A stretch of DNA of 61,365 nt, filler included. It is 4 parts of 4 records of this genome, joined end to end, with 100 filler letters (N's around TTAATTAATTAA, not from the genome) between each part and the next. Parts side by side here need not be neighbours in the genome. Positions count along the whole stretch, not along the records: positions 1 to 21,212 come from DRR378314_601; 3 more parts are not named here. The stretch is one strand, 5' to 3'. The notes under the pieces are model-generated. The model had not been told where the DNA came from. It worked only from the letters and a program-made list of their open reading frames with translations, and ran no database searches. Positions 1 through 14,300 of this stretch are shown piece after piece. The translations under genes and the position numbers were made by a program. Within the stretch, counting starts at the first letter, position 1. Each line of letters begins with the position of its first letter.

Positions 1-2049
1 TTCTCACTCGAGTCGCGCTCCATCTCCTTGCATTGGACCACATTAGGTCCACGCGGCGGTCGAGGATGCTACGGCTTCCGAGTCGTTCCGCGCAACCGTG
101 CGAGCAATCGCGCGTGCAGCGGCTGAAGGAAGTGTTCGCGATAGCGAAGATCGAGTAGCAGATCTTGTTCGTGAGACAATTACGAGTAACGGTACGTTTC
201 ATTGTTTCCACCCTTTGCCACAGCATCGCCGCCGTACGTACGCGTCCGCACTCGGGACCGTTGCGCCTATCACGTGCGCTCCATTGTCAGACAACCCTGG
301 TCGCATTTCTCTCCATTCGAGATAACGCATTGCCTTTTTTTACCCCTTTGCGTGCATATTGTCGACAATTTCGTTTGTTTGTCAATACACCGTGCAGAAA
401 CTCTGTCGGCGATCCTTGCCGCAATGGAACCGGCGCTCAACGAACGCGTTGCGTTGTCTGCCGGTGCGCTCCCGGGCGTGGCAGACTACGCACTTTCCTC
501 GGCTGGAGCGTCTGTGGTGTCTTACGCCCCAGCGTATCCTACCTGGGCCGATCGCGTGCACTGGAATGTACGTATTGCACTTCGCTTTACATGCCTCAGA
601 CAAAAGTTTCATGGGAAGGAAAGTGGTATGGTTCGGCGCCGCGCGTTTCCGCATTTGCAGTACGCCGGTGCGCTGTGAGTTTGTAGCTGACTCCGCTTCC
701 CGTATGGCTCCTCCTTTCTGTCCACTGTTTGCCATGAACCCAACGCACGTGACACGAGCTTCAGAGATCCCTATGTTGTTTCAATACCACAGATTGTGTG
801 TTTCTTCTGATTTCCGTATTTCATATGCCCGCGGCGCGAATTTCGCAGATCCGCTCGGCTGTGTTTGGGTTCCTACGTGCGGTGGGCGGTTCGACGTTGT
901 CCAGCGGGCTTGTCGCCCCACCTCCGCCGCATTTTCCCTCGGTCATCCTGGAGCGGGACAATCCGCGCGGACGGTGCTGGGCGTTCGCAGGAAATGCTGC
1001 AGAAGTCACCATCATGTATGTCACTAATTTACCTTTTAACTTTGCGCTAGCCTTACCTTTGGGTCCAAGCACGTGCAGGAGTAGCCGCGCGCTTTCCGTA
1101 GCGTTGCGCACGCCGTATTGGTCCAGTTTGCGCGCCGAGCACGCGCCCCACACTTACACACCGCGTGTGCTGCTCTGTACCCGTGGAATCTCCGCCGGGT
1201 TTCCTCGCATCTTCTTAAGGCTGTCGGAACGAATCGAAATCGACTCGTTCACCGTGATGCACATTGCTGCGTCGGCAGCTCGTGACATTTCCTCGGCGCC
1301 TCGATCGGTTGAGTTGCTCGGCCTGGGAGAGCGTGGCGCGCTTGCTGACGCGATTTCTCTGGGCACGTTCGAATACTCGACCAAAGGCTCGCCGGTACGA
1401 ACCTCCAGGGCGTTAGAGTGCCCACTGCTGCTGCAAGTCTTATTCAAAAAGAGAGAATCCGAAACATCACTACCACGATAGCCTTTGTTGCAGTGAAAGC
1501 GCGCCGTATCGCGCGCCTCCGTTGTACAAACGTTGCACGATGCAGTTTCGTGCACTCCCATCGAGAAAGAGAAAGCCCTCAACGCTGCCCAACCTCCCTC
1601 GCCTCCTGGCGGCCACATTTCGTGCGTCGATACGGCCGCCTTTCCCGGCAATGTACTGTCAGATCTCTCAAGCTACACATGGTCAACTCTTTCTCGTACT
1701 CCACGGACTGAACTTCTACCATTTGGGGGGTGCGTTCCCTATGCAGACCCAGCGCTTCTTTGTTTCGACAGACCTGCCGGCGGACCTCCGTCGCCACAGC
1801 TTCGTCACCGTTCGCATCAGGAGTAATCACGGCCATCCGGTACGTTGCCGCTGCGTTCTGGCGCGCCCACCCCCCGCCCATCTCCTCAGCTTTCTATCTG
1901 TGCTGGCCAAGGCGCCTACGCCCCACTAACTTCTGCGAGCGTCACGCATTCTCTTTCGGGCTGCGGCACATGGGCGAACTGGCATCGCGCAGGAATATAC
2001 GTGCGTTTATGGCGTCGGAATCCACGGGAGTCCCGCTAGTAGCGCCTGA
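1..2049 (+). CDS. C-terminal SUN-domain (Sad1/UNC-84) nuclear envelope protein, 5'-partial, spliced
   Basis: Exons approx <1-191, 398-567, 849-1015, 1220-1394, 1748-1839 and 1993-2049 join through GT..AG introns. They give the SUN motifs DYALSSAGASVV, GRCWAFAG, FTVMHI..DISSAPRSVELLG, LGTFEYS, VRIRSNHGHP and EYTCVYGVGIHG, ending in TGA at 2047-2049. Confidence 0.88.
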
Positions 2050-2367
2050 AAACTGAGCGCTCTCGGCAGCAGCGCGAAAAAGAGGGAAGCGTTGCCTATT
2101 CTTCCCATCTGTACCTCGGGAATACATGGCATGGCATGAAACCGCATTCATTTGCATACACGGGCCATCGGGATCGAAATCTCCGTGCCCTAGCTTTCGT
2201 ATCGCACTCGAACAAAACGCACGGGGATGTGCCAGATCAAACGGAAAATCAGGAAAGACAACGCGTGCATCGCCGAGGGCAGGCGCGACTTCGAAGCTAG
2301 CTATACAGTCAGTTGCGCCGCGCTCGCACATGGACCACAGCACGCGCACGTAAGCATCTCGCCCCAG

Positions 2368-5300
2368 CTACTCCTGCATACCATCGCTGTCGCTGTCTCC
2401 ATCTTCAGCTTCGCTCACCTTCGCCTCAAACTCGAACTCCTGGTCGCATCCCACATACGAATCGGACATCAGGAACAGTGTATACGTGCGTTTCCCTGCT
2501 CGCGGGGGAACAAATTGGAGCTTTGCGCGCGCGTCGCGGCCAACAGTAAGGCGCTTGATCGCGAGGAGCGCGTTGTCGTCCACATCGCCAACGGCGAGCC
2601 ACCACTGCTCGTCCTTACGCCGCGGATAGTACGGCGCGTGCACCGGAAGCGGCTCCCAGTCCTCTTCGCGCTCCAGCTGCACGCGCACCGTAATCGGCGC
2701 CGACGTGTCAGCTTCCTCGGCACCGTCGATTTCATACGCCACATCAATGTTCGGGTACCGGTTGCACGCGCGCGCCACGTCCGAGGTCTGCGCATCCGAC
2801 AGCTTCGCAAGGCAGCGCTCGCGCGCGTCGTCCTCGAGGTCAACGAGGTCGTACACGCTCTCTACCCCTTCCCCGGCAAACTCGCTCGCCATCTTCGCGT
2901 CAACGTGAGGGAGCTGCAGCAGGGGAGAGTCGGATCCCCACAGCGCCTGCACGACCATCTGGCATGTCTCCATGGCCGCCAGCGCCGGACGCAGCCACTG
3001 CCGCGACGCGACCACGTCGACCGCAGCAGCCACGAGTCGCACCGCCAGCGCGATCACGCGCTCCTGGTCGCCGCGCATGTCGCCCGCCAGCGGAACGCGA
3101 CTCAGGTGGCACTGCAGCAGAACGCCCGCCTTGACATGCGCATCCGCAAACGACTCTGGTGCAAGCGCTGATCCCGCGGGAAGGCCCAGAGGCGCGCCGG
3201 CAGCGCGCGGGAGATGGCGTGCAAGACGGAGCAGCTGCGCGTCTTCGCGCGGGCGCACGACGAGGTCGTCGACCTCCGTAGCGGCGCAGACAATCTCCAA
3301 AAGCCCGCGAAGCTTCGTCTTCGCCGTAAGCGACGACGAGAACAGCTCAATCGTCGTGTAGCGGATGTAGTAGTACGACGCAATCATGCCCAGCTCGAGC
3401 GGCGCGAGCTCGGGCTCCTCGTCGTCCTCGTCGCTCTCCGCCTCCTTGCCCTCGCGCTCCGCAGGCGCATCATTGACTGCGACGCAGCCGCACTGCTCCA
3501 AATCGCCGAGCGTGCGCTCGACCGTCTCACTCAGGAAGTCGCTCAGATGGTGGTGCGTGACCCCGGTAAGGTTGTAGTAATTCGGGTTTTGCGTTAGACG
3601 ACGGTACAGCAGCGTCCACGTGAGATAGTCGACAGCATCCTGGCGCGACTCGATCGTCGACGCTACGATCTCCGCGTTGACGTGGTCGTGCAGCTCGCGG
3701 TCGAGATGCGACTCCACAGGCACCGGCTCGTACAAAAAGCGCCGGTAGTACTCCTTCTTCGGCGCATAGCACAGGATTGCACAGTGTGCCGCGCCGCCGC
3801 CGCGCGGCGCAGAGGCTGCACCCATCATCCGCAGCACATCGGCAATCGGATAGTCAATGTACAGGTTCTCGCGCGCATCGAAGCGCTGCGTGTCCATCAC
3901 AACCACGCAGTGCGCCGCGCGCTCGGCGCCCCAGCACTCCTCGGCAGGAGTCACCATCACCTGCGCCGCACCAGCACGCCACGCGCGCTCCGCAGACGCG
4001 CGGTCGGACGCCGAGAGCCCGCCGTGCACAAATACAACGCCGTGCGGGAGAGTCTCGCGCAGCGTCCGATCGCTGCACTGCGATGCAAGCGCGGCCAGGT
4101 CTTCGGCAGCGCCACGGCGGAACCGCGGCGCAGCAGCGCCGCCGTCGTCCATCGCGTCGCCGCCAGACGACGACGACGACGACGACGACCCGCCAAGCGC
4201 AGCCGCTTCTGCGGCTGCTAGCGCAACCAAATCGACAGCGGCAACTTTGGCCGCGCGCCGGCCAGGTGTGTACACAAGCGCAGGCTCTCCACGAGGCGCT
4301 GTGGCCGCAATCGCGCGGAACGCAGGCTTCGCCATGGCAAGCAGGCGCGCCGATGGCTGCGACACGTCGAACCCGCGCAGAGACACCTCGAGCGGCGCAG
4401 GCCGCGCTGCGGGAGCAAAATTGAACACAGCGCCGCGCGCGCACCCCAGCCACTCGGCCACATCGCGCGCATTTGCCATCGGAGCGCCAAGCGCAACGAG
4501 GCGCACCCGCCGCGCCGCAGTGCCGGCTTCGGAAGCTTCCTCGGCGGCCTGCACGCCGATATACCGCATGCGCGACAGGACCACCTCGTACGTCGCGCCG
4601 CCCTCGCCGCCGACAAGATGGACCTCGTCAGCAATCACGAGATCGACCTCGCGCACCGCACGTCGCTGGCGCCAGCGACGCGACAGCGCGTCCCAGATCT
4701 CGGGAGTCGCGCACGAGACCGCCGAGCGTTCGAGCAAGCGCAGGTCGACGGCAGCCTCTCCAGTGAGCACCGAGCACTCGAGCCCCAGCGCACGCAGGCG
4801 CGGCGCCCACGCTGCACAACGCGCTTCCGCTAGCGCGGCCTTTGGCGCGAGATACACACAGCGGGCGCCGCCCTCTTCGCCGGCGCGCTGCTCGAGCGCG
4901 CGCGACAAGGCAAACGCCGCACACGCCGTCGTCCCGGCGCCGGACGGGGCGCAAACGAGGACATTCTCGTCGCCTCCGTACAGAGCCGCGTGGCACTGCG
5001 TCTGGATCGGGTTGAACACGCTGCCGGCGCCGGCGTCGGGCTCGCACAGACGCCGCGCCGCCTCCGACCGCAGCGCATCGACCGGGAGCGGCTGCAGGTC
5101 GAGCAGCTCGGTGGGAGGCGCGTGGCGCTCGGGTAGGATGAGGTGCCGGAACGAAATCGGAAGCACAGTCTCGGCACCGAGCCAGCGCGCCGACGTCACA
5201 CGCACAAAGTACTGCGGCTGCGGAACTTCAAACACGGGCACAACAAACGTCACATAGTGCTCGGCATCGGCAAACCGGCGGCGAAGCACAAAGAGCTCGT

Positions 5301-8300
5301 GGTGAAGCACAGTCTCGCCGTCGCAGTCTTCGCACACAAGGTGGAACGCCTCCGCCCCGCCGTGGATGCGGTCATCCCACTTGAAATCAGCCTGTAGCGT
5401 CAGCTCGCAGCGGAGCAGCGCGCGCGTGATTGGCTGCACATGGCACGTCAGGTCCAGGCGCGGAAGCATGTGCACGTGCTTGTACACGGCCTTGCCAGCG
5501 CGCGGATTGCGCACGAGCTCGCCCAGTTCCTGTGGAGACAGGTCAAACAGGCGCTCCCAGTCGTAGCCTTTCTTCTCGATGCGCGACACAATCTCCATCG
5601 GAAGCGCCTTGAACTGGCGCAGCGGCGACATCGAGCCCCACATCCGCTGGTCGATCATGCGGCAGAGCGCAAGCGTGCGTGACGCCAGCGCAGCCCACCC
5701 ACGCCGCAGCACAATCTCGTGCAGCGCCCGCGACAGCCGCCCGGCGCTCTGCGTCACGTACACCATGTCAGCGCGCAACGCAAAGCCATCGAGCTTCAGC
5801 CGCGAGATAAACGCCTGCAGTAGCACGTTGACCTTGGCAGTGGCTTCCTCCACAGACTCTTTGACAGGAATCGGCATCCGCTCCGCCAGTCGCTGCAGCT
5901 CTTGCTTCTCCTCGTGCCGCACGACCATGTACTTGAACTCCTCCGAAAGAGCAAACAGCCGGAACATATCAATATCAGACATGGTCGGCCGGAGGTGCTC
6001 GTTGTACGTGGCAATCGACGAGTGCGAGACGTAGTAGTGCGACGCTACGCGGCCCAGGTCAGTCGCTTGCAGCGCGCTTGACTTGCGGTCGTAGTTGATG
6101 AGCGCGTGCCGGTCGAGCAACAATGCGGCGCTGTGCGCGAGATCCGCGCGCCGCTGCTCCAGGAGCGGGTCGCTCTCGAGTACGCTCGGGTCGATGCCGT
6201 ACAGGTGCGGATTCCGGAGCATCCGCACAAACAGGTACGAGTAGCCCAGCCACTCCACCGCCTCGCGCAGCGTAGTGACCGTTCCAAGCACGACTTCGGC
6301 GTTGAGCGCATCAGCGAGACGGGTGATCATCTGGCTTTCAATCGGCAGCTGCTCGTTCAGAAGCGAGAGATAGTACTGCAGCTCCTGATGCGAGGTAATC
6401 ACGATACCCTCGCCAAACGTGTCGTGGGCGGGCCGGCCGGCGCGCCCCATCATCTGCATAATATCAAGAGGCGAAAGCTCGACCCACGCGCCCTTCTCGG
6501 GATTGTAGATCTGAGTTCCCTTGATAATCACCGTGTGCGCAGGCAGGTTGACACCCCACGCAAGCGTCGCAGTGGAGACGAGAACTTGCGCGTGCCGGTC
6601 AGCGAACAAATCTTCCACCAGCTGCCGATCCTCCCGCGTCATGCCCGCGTGGTGAATGGCGAACCCATACGGAAGGAGGTCGCGCAGATCCTCGCTGCTC
6701 GCATTCTGGGCCTCCTCGCGCAGCACCTCGCGCGACGCACTGTCTTCGCTCATCAGGTCGCCGATCGCGTCGCGCTCGAGCGCCATGTCGCGCAAAAACT
6801 TCGCAGTCGCAGCTGTTTCCTTGCGCGAGTGCACAAACACAAGGACTTGATGCTTTCCGGCATTGTCCATCACCTTTTCGTACGTGATTTCGTTCATGAG
6901 CTGGAAACGTTTCAGCGCCTTGCGCTCCGTAACTCCAATGTACTGCTGCTGCAGCGGGCACGGCCGGTGCGACCCGTCGAAGTGGAAGAGCCCAGACGAC
7001 GCATTCACGCGCAAAAACGCCGCCACATCTTCATAGTTCGGCAGCGTTGCCGACAGGCCCACAAGGCGGATCGGCTCCTGCGTGGCATCCATCTGCCGCA
7101 GCGTACGTGAAACAATCGCCTCCAGTACAGGGCCGCGCTCGTCGTGCAGGAGATGGATCTCGTCAATAATTATCAGTCGCACGTGCTGCGTGATCGAACG
7201 CTCGCCGCTCTTGCGCGTGATAATATCCCACTTTTCCGGCGTCGTCACAATCACATGCGTCTCCTCCATCTGCTGACGCGATAAATTGTGATCACCGGAA
7301 AGCTCGCGAACGCTCATGTTGAACGGCTTCAGACGATTGCCGAGATTGCCGACCACCTGCGCGCGACCAGAATTGCAGTCCCGTCGCAAGGTTAGGCGCC
7401 AGAAGATACCTCACCGACGAAGAACAAAAAGAGGAGAGGCCTGGCAACCATCTCGCCACCGCGGCCATGAGAAGCCTGGCTTCGTCGATTCTGCCACTGT
7501 CGCAAGCTAATTTCCCGCTCCGCAGCCAGGCGCAGCTCCACAGACTTTGCGGCCACAATGGCACACAAATTTCGTTCGTGCATACCCTCGTGGCCAAAAC
7601 ACTCCACCAACACGCTCGCGTACGCCCCATTGGACAACCGCGGAAAGAAGCCTCATTACATTCCGAAAACAGCAGCCCTTCAAGTATTTCTATCCTCTGG
7701 AAATCCGCGAAAACAGACGCAGCGCTTGTCATGGCGGGCACGCAAGCGTACACACAACGTGCCTCCTGGACCAGCGATTTCATCGGCGCCACATAGACAA
7801 TTTTAAACGCGTCCGTGACGTTGCCATCTTCGTCGAGGTTCTTTCCCGCCTAGATTAGCATGCGCGTGCAGGACGCAGAAACGAACAAAGACAAAACCCA
7901 TACAAAAAAATATACGGCAACACCACCACATCGATCAGATTCGCTTTACCACCAACAAAAAAGGGTGTCGCACCCGCTCAGACGAACCGTTCCCTAGCAG
8001 GCATCATCTCGCAAACGAACCGACGCATCAGAGAGAAAATCGTCGCCGTGACGGCATGCAACTACCGCCCCCCTCCAAAGTGCAAACAGCCCGTGAAGAG
8101 AAACAAGACAGAATAAAACACGAATCCCTTTGCAAAAGCGAGCAACGCACAGTTCGGCCTCGTGGACCGGTGCAAATACAATATTCCAACCCAGCACAGG
8201 GCCCCCTGCCTCATGAGTAAAAGCGGCTCAGGGCCCGAAAAAGGGCTGCAAGCACGACGGCTTTGCTGTTTGCGGCGTTCAAAAACGTTTACACGGCACT

Positions 8301-11300
8301 GCAGCGGAAGACGCTGCCCCGTGCACTTCTGCCAACGCCGCATGCACGCACACACGCGCGCGAACACGAGCAACCCAGCCTGCAGAAACCCGGTGCCATG
8401 GAGGAGGCCTGCGGAGCATCGTCCAATGCTCGCCAACAGCATCCTGCCACCCCGTTCCCCAACCCGCTAGCTCGCCAATCGCAACACGGGCTTCCACAGT
8501 CCACAAAACACCGCATCGTGCGCCGCTGGCCGCGGGCGACCATGCGCAGTGATAGTCTCGCACAACGCAGAGCCCACTCGGCCCGACACGTTGCAATCCA
8601 CCGGCACGCCCGCAACTTACTTCGCGCATAATCGTCATCATCGCAACATTCGTCTTTCCCGCGCCCGTTGGCGCACACAGAAGCATATTCTCATCGCTTT
8701 CCATGGCGCATGGAAAAGTTTGTGTTTGCATCAGATTCAGACGATCCATGCCTTTGAACGCAGGCGCGGACCAGCTCGGCATATCAGCAATGGCCTTGAG
8801 CTCCTCGCTGCACGCGCATCCGAGAACACCGCAACGTCAGGAAAACAAACACCTCCGCATGCGATCGCGTTCGCATCGGGGGGGGGGGATCATACCAAGC
8901 CAACAAGACAGTTGGCACCAGTATCATCGGGTACGATTCGAATCAAATACTTTGTTGCCGCTCAAAGCGGGTTGGGTGGGACAATAGCCCTCAGCAATCC
9001 GCTCGTCCCGCTCATCGCACGGAGCACGGACAAGAAGAACGGTCGCGATATCGACTACGGCTGCTTGCGTATTCCGTACCCTCCGTCTGATACAGCGACC
9101 CTATATCTTTTTTTTTCTTTCACCCAACGCATACCCATGGTGCAGTCATAGAGAACTTTGACCTTATCGTGATGCGCCGGTGACGGCAGCATGCGACACT
9201 TGTGTCCCTCAAACGCGGGATAACTGCAACGGACAATGGGTCGTACAGCGCCACGATGATCGTGGCCGAACGCAGAGGATAGCAACGTCCAGTCGAGGCA
9301 CGACACAGCGACGAAAAGGTAACGCACCTCTCACTTGCACGGTGCTTGGCAGCTGGCACGTGGACTTCCTCGTATCCTTTCTTCTGCAGGCGGTAGCTTC
9401 CATCTGGCAACACGCACTTTCGGTTGCTCATGGTATGACCACCCTATCACCAGATGGGAAAAGGGCAACGCAAAGCGCAAGCGCAAAAGTCAGCAGCTAT
9501 CCCATGCCACTTCGCACGGATGCATCAAGGCCTTTATCAGGCCAGACGCAGTCATCGCATTTCTGCGTGCGCAAAGAGCCATAGAAAGTAATTCGATTTT
9601 GAATCAACAGTTGCTTCGCTTCCCAAAAATGACAAGCGCACCTCGTCGAATCGGATCGCGTCCAAGTCTACCACAGAAAGCGCGCTGGTAGCGTCAACCG
9701 GGCCGGACTTTTCCGAATCGCCGCGGCGCCGCCGCTTGTCCCCGCCAGTCTGGAACAGAAGCCGAGAGCACGACCGCAAAGCCCATACACGAAAGGATGA
9801 GAGGCCCCGGGCCTGGTTTCGACAAAAGCAGCCTCGTATTGTTTGCATTCGGTCACGATCAACATCGCCTCGACCCCGCCGATAACTTCCACAACACAGA
9901 ATCCACCACGATGCACCAGCACCGGAACATCGCGCGAAACAACACATCGACGCGCGAAAGCGGAATAGCTCATCCACTGCAACTAGGTGCTCGGCAGCTA
10001 TTTTCCATACCTTGTCTTTCTCGCCACGAAGCTCGCGCAATACACTTTCAAGTTCAGGATCGCCTTGAGAGCTTGCCTCGATCTCAGCTCGCTCCTCATC
10101 GGTCTCTGCGCGCGCGCGCCGCACGCAAAAGAGAATCCGACGCCTGCGCACAGCAGGGGGCAACGAATAGCAACGAGTCGCCGTAGAGGAATCAGCAAAG
10201 CCTGTCGCAATTGTGTACGTGTGCTCCAACCGAGAACGGGCCGCCTCCCTCCACACAGGCACCACAGCACAGCAACGGAAAGCACAACCGCACACGACCG
10301 ATCTCGCCACATCCCGAGACACCCAGCAACAAATGAAGACACCTGCCTACGTGCCCCCATGCACCGTGAGAAACACAAAAGCACTCCCGTCCTCACCTGT
10401 TGCGCAGCAGAAATTTGATAAAGTCGAACCGCTCATAATCTAGCAAAATGACAAGGCGATTTTCACACTCGCGCGGGTCCGCCTCGGCCAGAATCTCGAG
10501 GCACTCGGTAGCTTTCGCCTGCGCTTCGTGCGCATCGTGGAAAAACCTGCATACGCACGAGTCCGCAAGTGCAAACAAACGCAACGAGAGAGATGAGGCC
10601 TAGCGCGTCTTTTTCACGACGGGTGGAACGAGCGGTCAATAGCCGCACGGAACAGGTGTTCGATGTCCGTGAAAATAGCAGCCAAGACCAAGGCACCAGT
10701 ATGCTGCAGCGAAAACGCGGGCGCTACACGGCAAACCACCTGACTGCACCGTCAAATCCACCGTGCACCGCGCGGCGTGCACCAGAAGAAATGTGTCGGA
10801 GTGCGCAGCAGGTGACGCGACGTACTGTGCGAGTTGCCGTTGCATCCAGAACGCGTCAATTGACCGCGCCTCGACAATCCCGCTGGACGCTTTCTGATCC
10901 TTTCCCGCGCCTTCCTCATCATCGCTGTCCATCCCGTGCAGCGCTGCCTCGGCCGTTCCCGCGTCCCGACCAGCCGATTCGCCTATTTCGTCGTCGTCCT
11001 CGCGGATCTCATCTGCAGATGCACGCAAAAGAAGGCGCCATCCAAGGAAGAAACGCGCGCATGGAAAGATACCGGACAGGGTCAGAAAAGGGCAAACGGC
11101 GCCCACAGCCTAGTCCTTGCACCAAGTTGACCAGCACTTCGCTCCCCTGAAAAGAAAAGTACGTTCCTGATGACGCTACACAGAGAATGTAATCTGCCAA
11201 TATCATTTATCAGACGCACCGATATCCGATCCCTCGGAGTCAGATTCGTCAAAAACTACGGCGACACCGAGCTCGTCATCAATCTTTTCGTCTCCATCTT

Positions 11301-14300
11301 GCTCTTCGTCATCAGCGCTGAAATCAGTGATGCGTTTTCCCTGCGCAACAAACATGGCCATCAGCTCGTCTTTGAACGGTCCGAGAAGCTCGACAGCTTG
11401 CTCCTTCCTTTCCGGGTCGCGAAGCTTGTCATTCTTCAGCACAACAAGAAGCTACAGAGCATTAGAAAGCACAGCACGCCATACGACTCGCGTAAGATTT
11501 CCAGTGCATGCGGCTTTGTTTGCGACCGTATCCGCGACAACCGCGACCAATTTGGCGCTCAAGCAGCAAAGATTGAAGAACACTGTAGAGCGGAATAGTG
11601 GAAGCATCATACATGAACGAATGCACAAGAGCCCTGTGCTTCAACCCCATGGCACAAGACCCCACAGGTATTGCCCGCTCAAACACTGTGCAACGCTCAG
11701 GATCCAGATTGCATTCTCTTGCCCGCATCCAACAAGAGTACAGGATACATATACACAAAGACTGCACCAGGAACACCTCCTCCATGACAGTCTACAATGT
11801 ACAATCGTTCACAAACCCGGTGTAGAAAAAATATATAACAAAACGCAAATTAGACATTTGCCTATGGCACAAAATGTCGCCTGCTCACGCGCCCCTGATC
11901 AGCATGATCAAACAGAGACATCCAGCATGCGCCAAAAGCCTGCAAACACCAAACACCAAACCGCAAATGCAGAGCGTGCCCGCTCACTGCTCACGCCGCG
12001 CCTCTGTCCGTCATATCCCGCCTTGCACCCCGAGATGAGCGACGAACCTCGTCAGCCGCCCCACGCAGGACATCCTGCGGCTGATCACCCAGTTGCGCTT
12101 GAATGAGAGTCAGGATAACTTCGTACGCCTCGCGCGTTTCCCTCGTTTTCGGACGATAGAACGACTCTTGTTCAGCCATTCCCGCAACTGAGCCTGCAAG
12201 GAGCATGTCGCCGTGACGCACGTGTCAGAACACACCACATCATACGCAGGCCATTCCTTCTCCTACCCTGTCTTGGTCTATCGTCTTTCTCTCGTGCAAA
12301 CGAGCATGGCGCCAAACATTATCCCGCACCAAGCAACGCCTGCGGCAGTATCGACAGTCCAAAAATAGAGAAAACTAAATTGTGGCTTGGCGAAAGCAGC
12401 ACATTTCATGAGCCGAAAAGGCGCACCTTGCGCGCCGCGGGCGCGTTTCAATTCCGACTCTTCTGTATCATCCGCACCAGCGTCGTTACTGCGCCGCTTC
12501 CGCATCTTTTCGAGCCTGTCCTCAAGCTCTTTGGGTCTTTCGTGCGTAATACGATCGCCCATCTGCGGAACAGCACAAGGCACCACCAGCGTTGCTTACG
12601 AATTAGCGCCAATCACATGAAAAACGACGCGGTTTGCACGCAAGTTTTTACATTGTGTGCAAGAGCGAGACAGTACGAAAGGCGTACCTCTCGGCAGGCG
12701 ACACAAATCCACTACACCCCAGCACTAGCCCGGCCAGCAGCAGAAATGGAACCGGAAGCTCTCAAGCCGTCCAAACGGCATAATCACTGGCGAAATACCT
12801 TGAAGCTTACCTTATTTTTCTTAATCTGCCCATACAGGGACTCCGGCGCGCCCGAAGGCTCGCGCGAGCTGCGCTGGATTCCCGAGCGATCCGCTTGAAG
12901 GACCAAGTTTGAGTTCTGCAGCAGCGGGCAAACGAAACCGCAAGGAAAAGAGTGTGCTATGGACATGAGTGATCGTGTCCACTCCGAAGCACATGCAAAG
13001 GAGCAACATAGTGTCACAACAACCCGGGAGAAAGAACTTCATTTGCTCAAAAAAGCGAAAGTAACCCGTAACACGCCTCAGCAGGTCCTACATTGCTCGC
13101 TCGTTACCAGCACGGTCGGGCGTGCGACATTCAAAGCTTCCCTTCGCGTACGGCGCTCCTCTTGCTCGCCCCAGCGAGCCGGCCAGGTTCACAAGATTCC
13201 AGTACAGCAGATATGCAGTCATCTGACCCGTACACGGAACTGTGCAAAGAAATGAAACACAACTCTCTCGACATAGCTTACGCGGATGCGGAAGTTTTTT
13301 CCCGACAAAAGATCGTACGGGACAAGAAGAAAACGAAGAACAGAAAGAGAGAGATCCGTGTGCGCCCGCACTCCATACGTGTGCCAACAAGCCAAGCCAT
13401 AACACGAAACAACCCGGCCAGCCAATGCGAGAATTGCATACGAAATAGTACATGAATAAATAATCGTGTCATACTGCATCTCTGATCTATCCGCGGATCA
13501 TGCGCAAAGTGCGGCAAGAACTGGCTACGAGTCCCAGCGTGCGCTCGAGCACACGCAAGCCAGAGCAGAAGCTCACAGGCAGCGTAGCAGGCACCGTCAA
13601 TTCTAGGAAGCTTGAGCGCGCCGTTCACCATTTCCAACACGAACGCAATGCGACACGATTACGCGCGCGAAACGAAAAAAACGCAAGATATACAACAATG
13701 ATGCGGGTGGCTGCTTGAGAGCGAGATAACCCGCAAAGGAGAAACAGGAAGGCCCTTTGAGCACAGCAGCTCTCCGTGCGCGCAGCACGCAGCGAGTCCC
13801 AGCAGGGGGCCCTCCACTCCCAGGCGCCAGAACGCGCTCAGGATGCGCAGCGCGCCCGTCGCTACTGCGGGCCCTGCCGCAATTGCTTCTCGCTACACCC
13901 GCAAACACTTGCCGATACTTCACAAGCGCATTTCGTGATGCATACGATAGATATGCTAGCAGAATACGTTGGTTGCGGTGCAGTCCGCGCGACGCTCTTT
14001 TTTCGTGCGCGAAGTGCCGTGAGACGCCACACGAGGCGCCTCTTGCACGGGCGAACGAGCGGGGAACGCAGCGCAATACCCCACAAAACCGAGCGGGAAA
14101 CACAGCGCGCGCAAAGCGAGACGGAGCACGGTCCACTTGCCTCCTTGCCGCGCGGACAAAGGACGCGCGCGCGCATTTTCGCACGCATAGCGCGCGAATG
14201 ATGGTGACAGCTATGCGAATGTTCCCTATTTCGATCTCTCCAACGCCATTCGGCTCCAAACTGCCAGTGCCAGCTGAAGCGCGGAGGGACGCCCACCTCG

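Noticed and set aside
2227-7110. Long plus-strand ORFs (314, 466 and 334 aa) opposite BRR2
   Set aside because: Antisense shadows of a GC-rich, codon-biased exon, with no motifs.
14191-14283. C/D-box snoRNA-like layout (ATGATGG ... CTGA with CGCGC/GCGCG ends) in BRR2 intron 1
   Set aside because: It is antisense to the host gene, box C is imperfect, no rRNA guide was recognised, and CG stems are common here. A snoscan/Infernal hit would reopen it.
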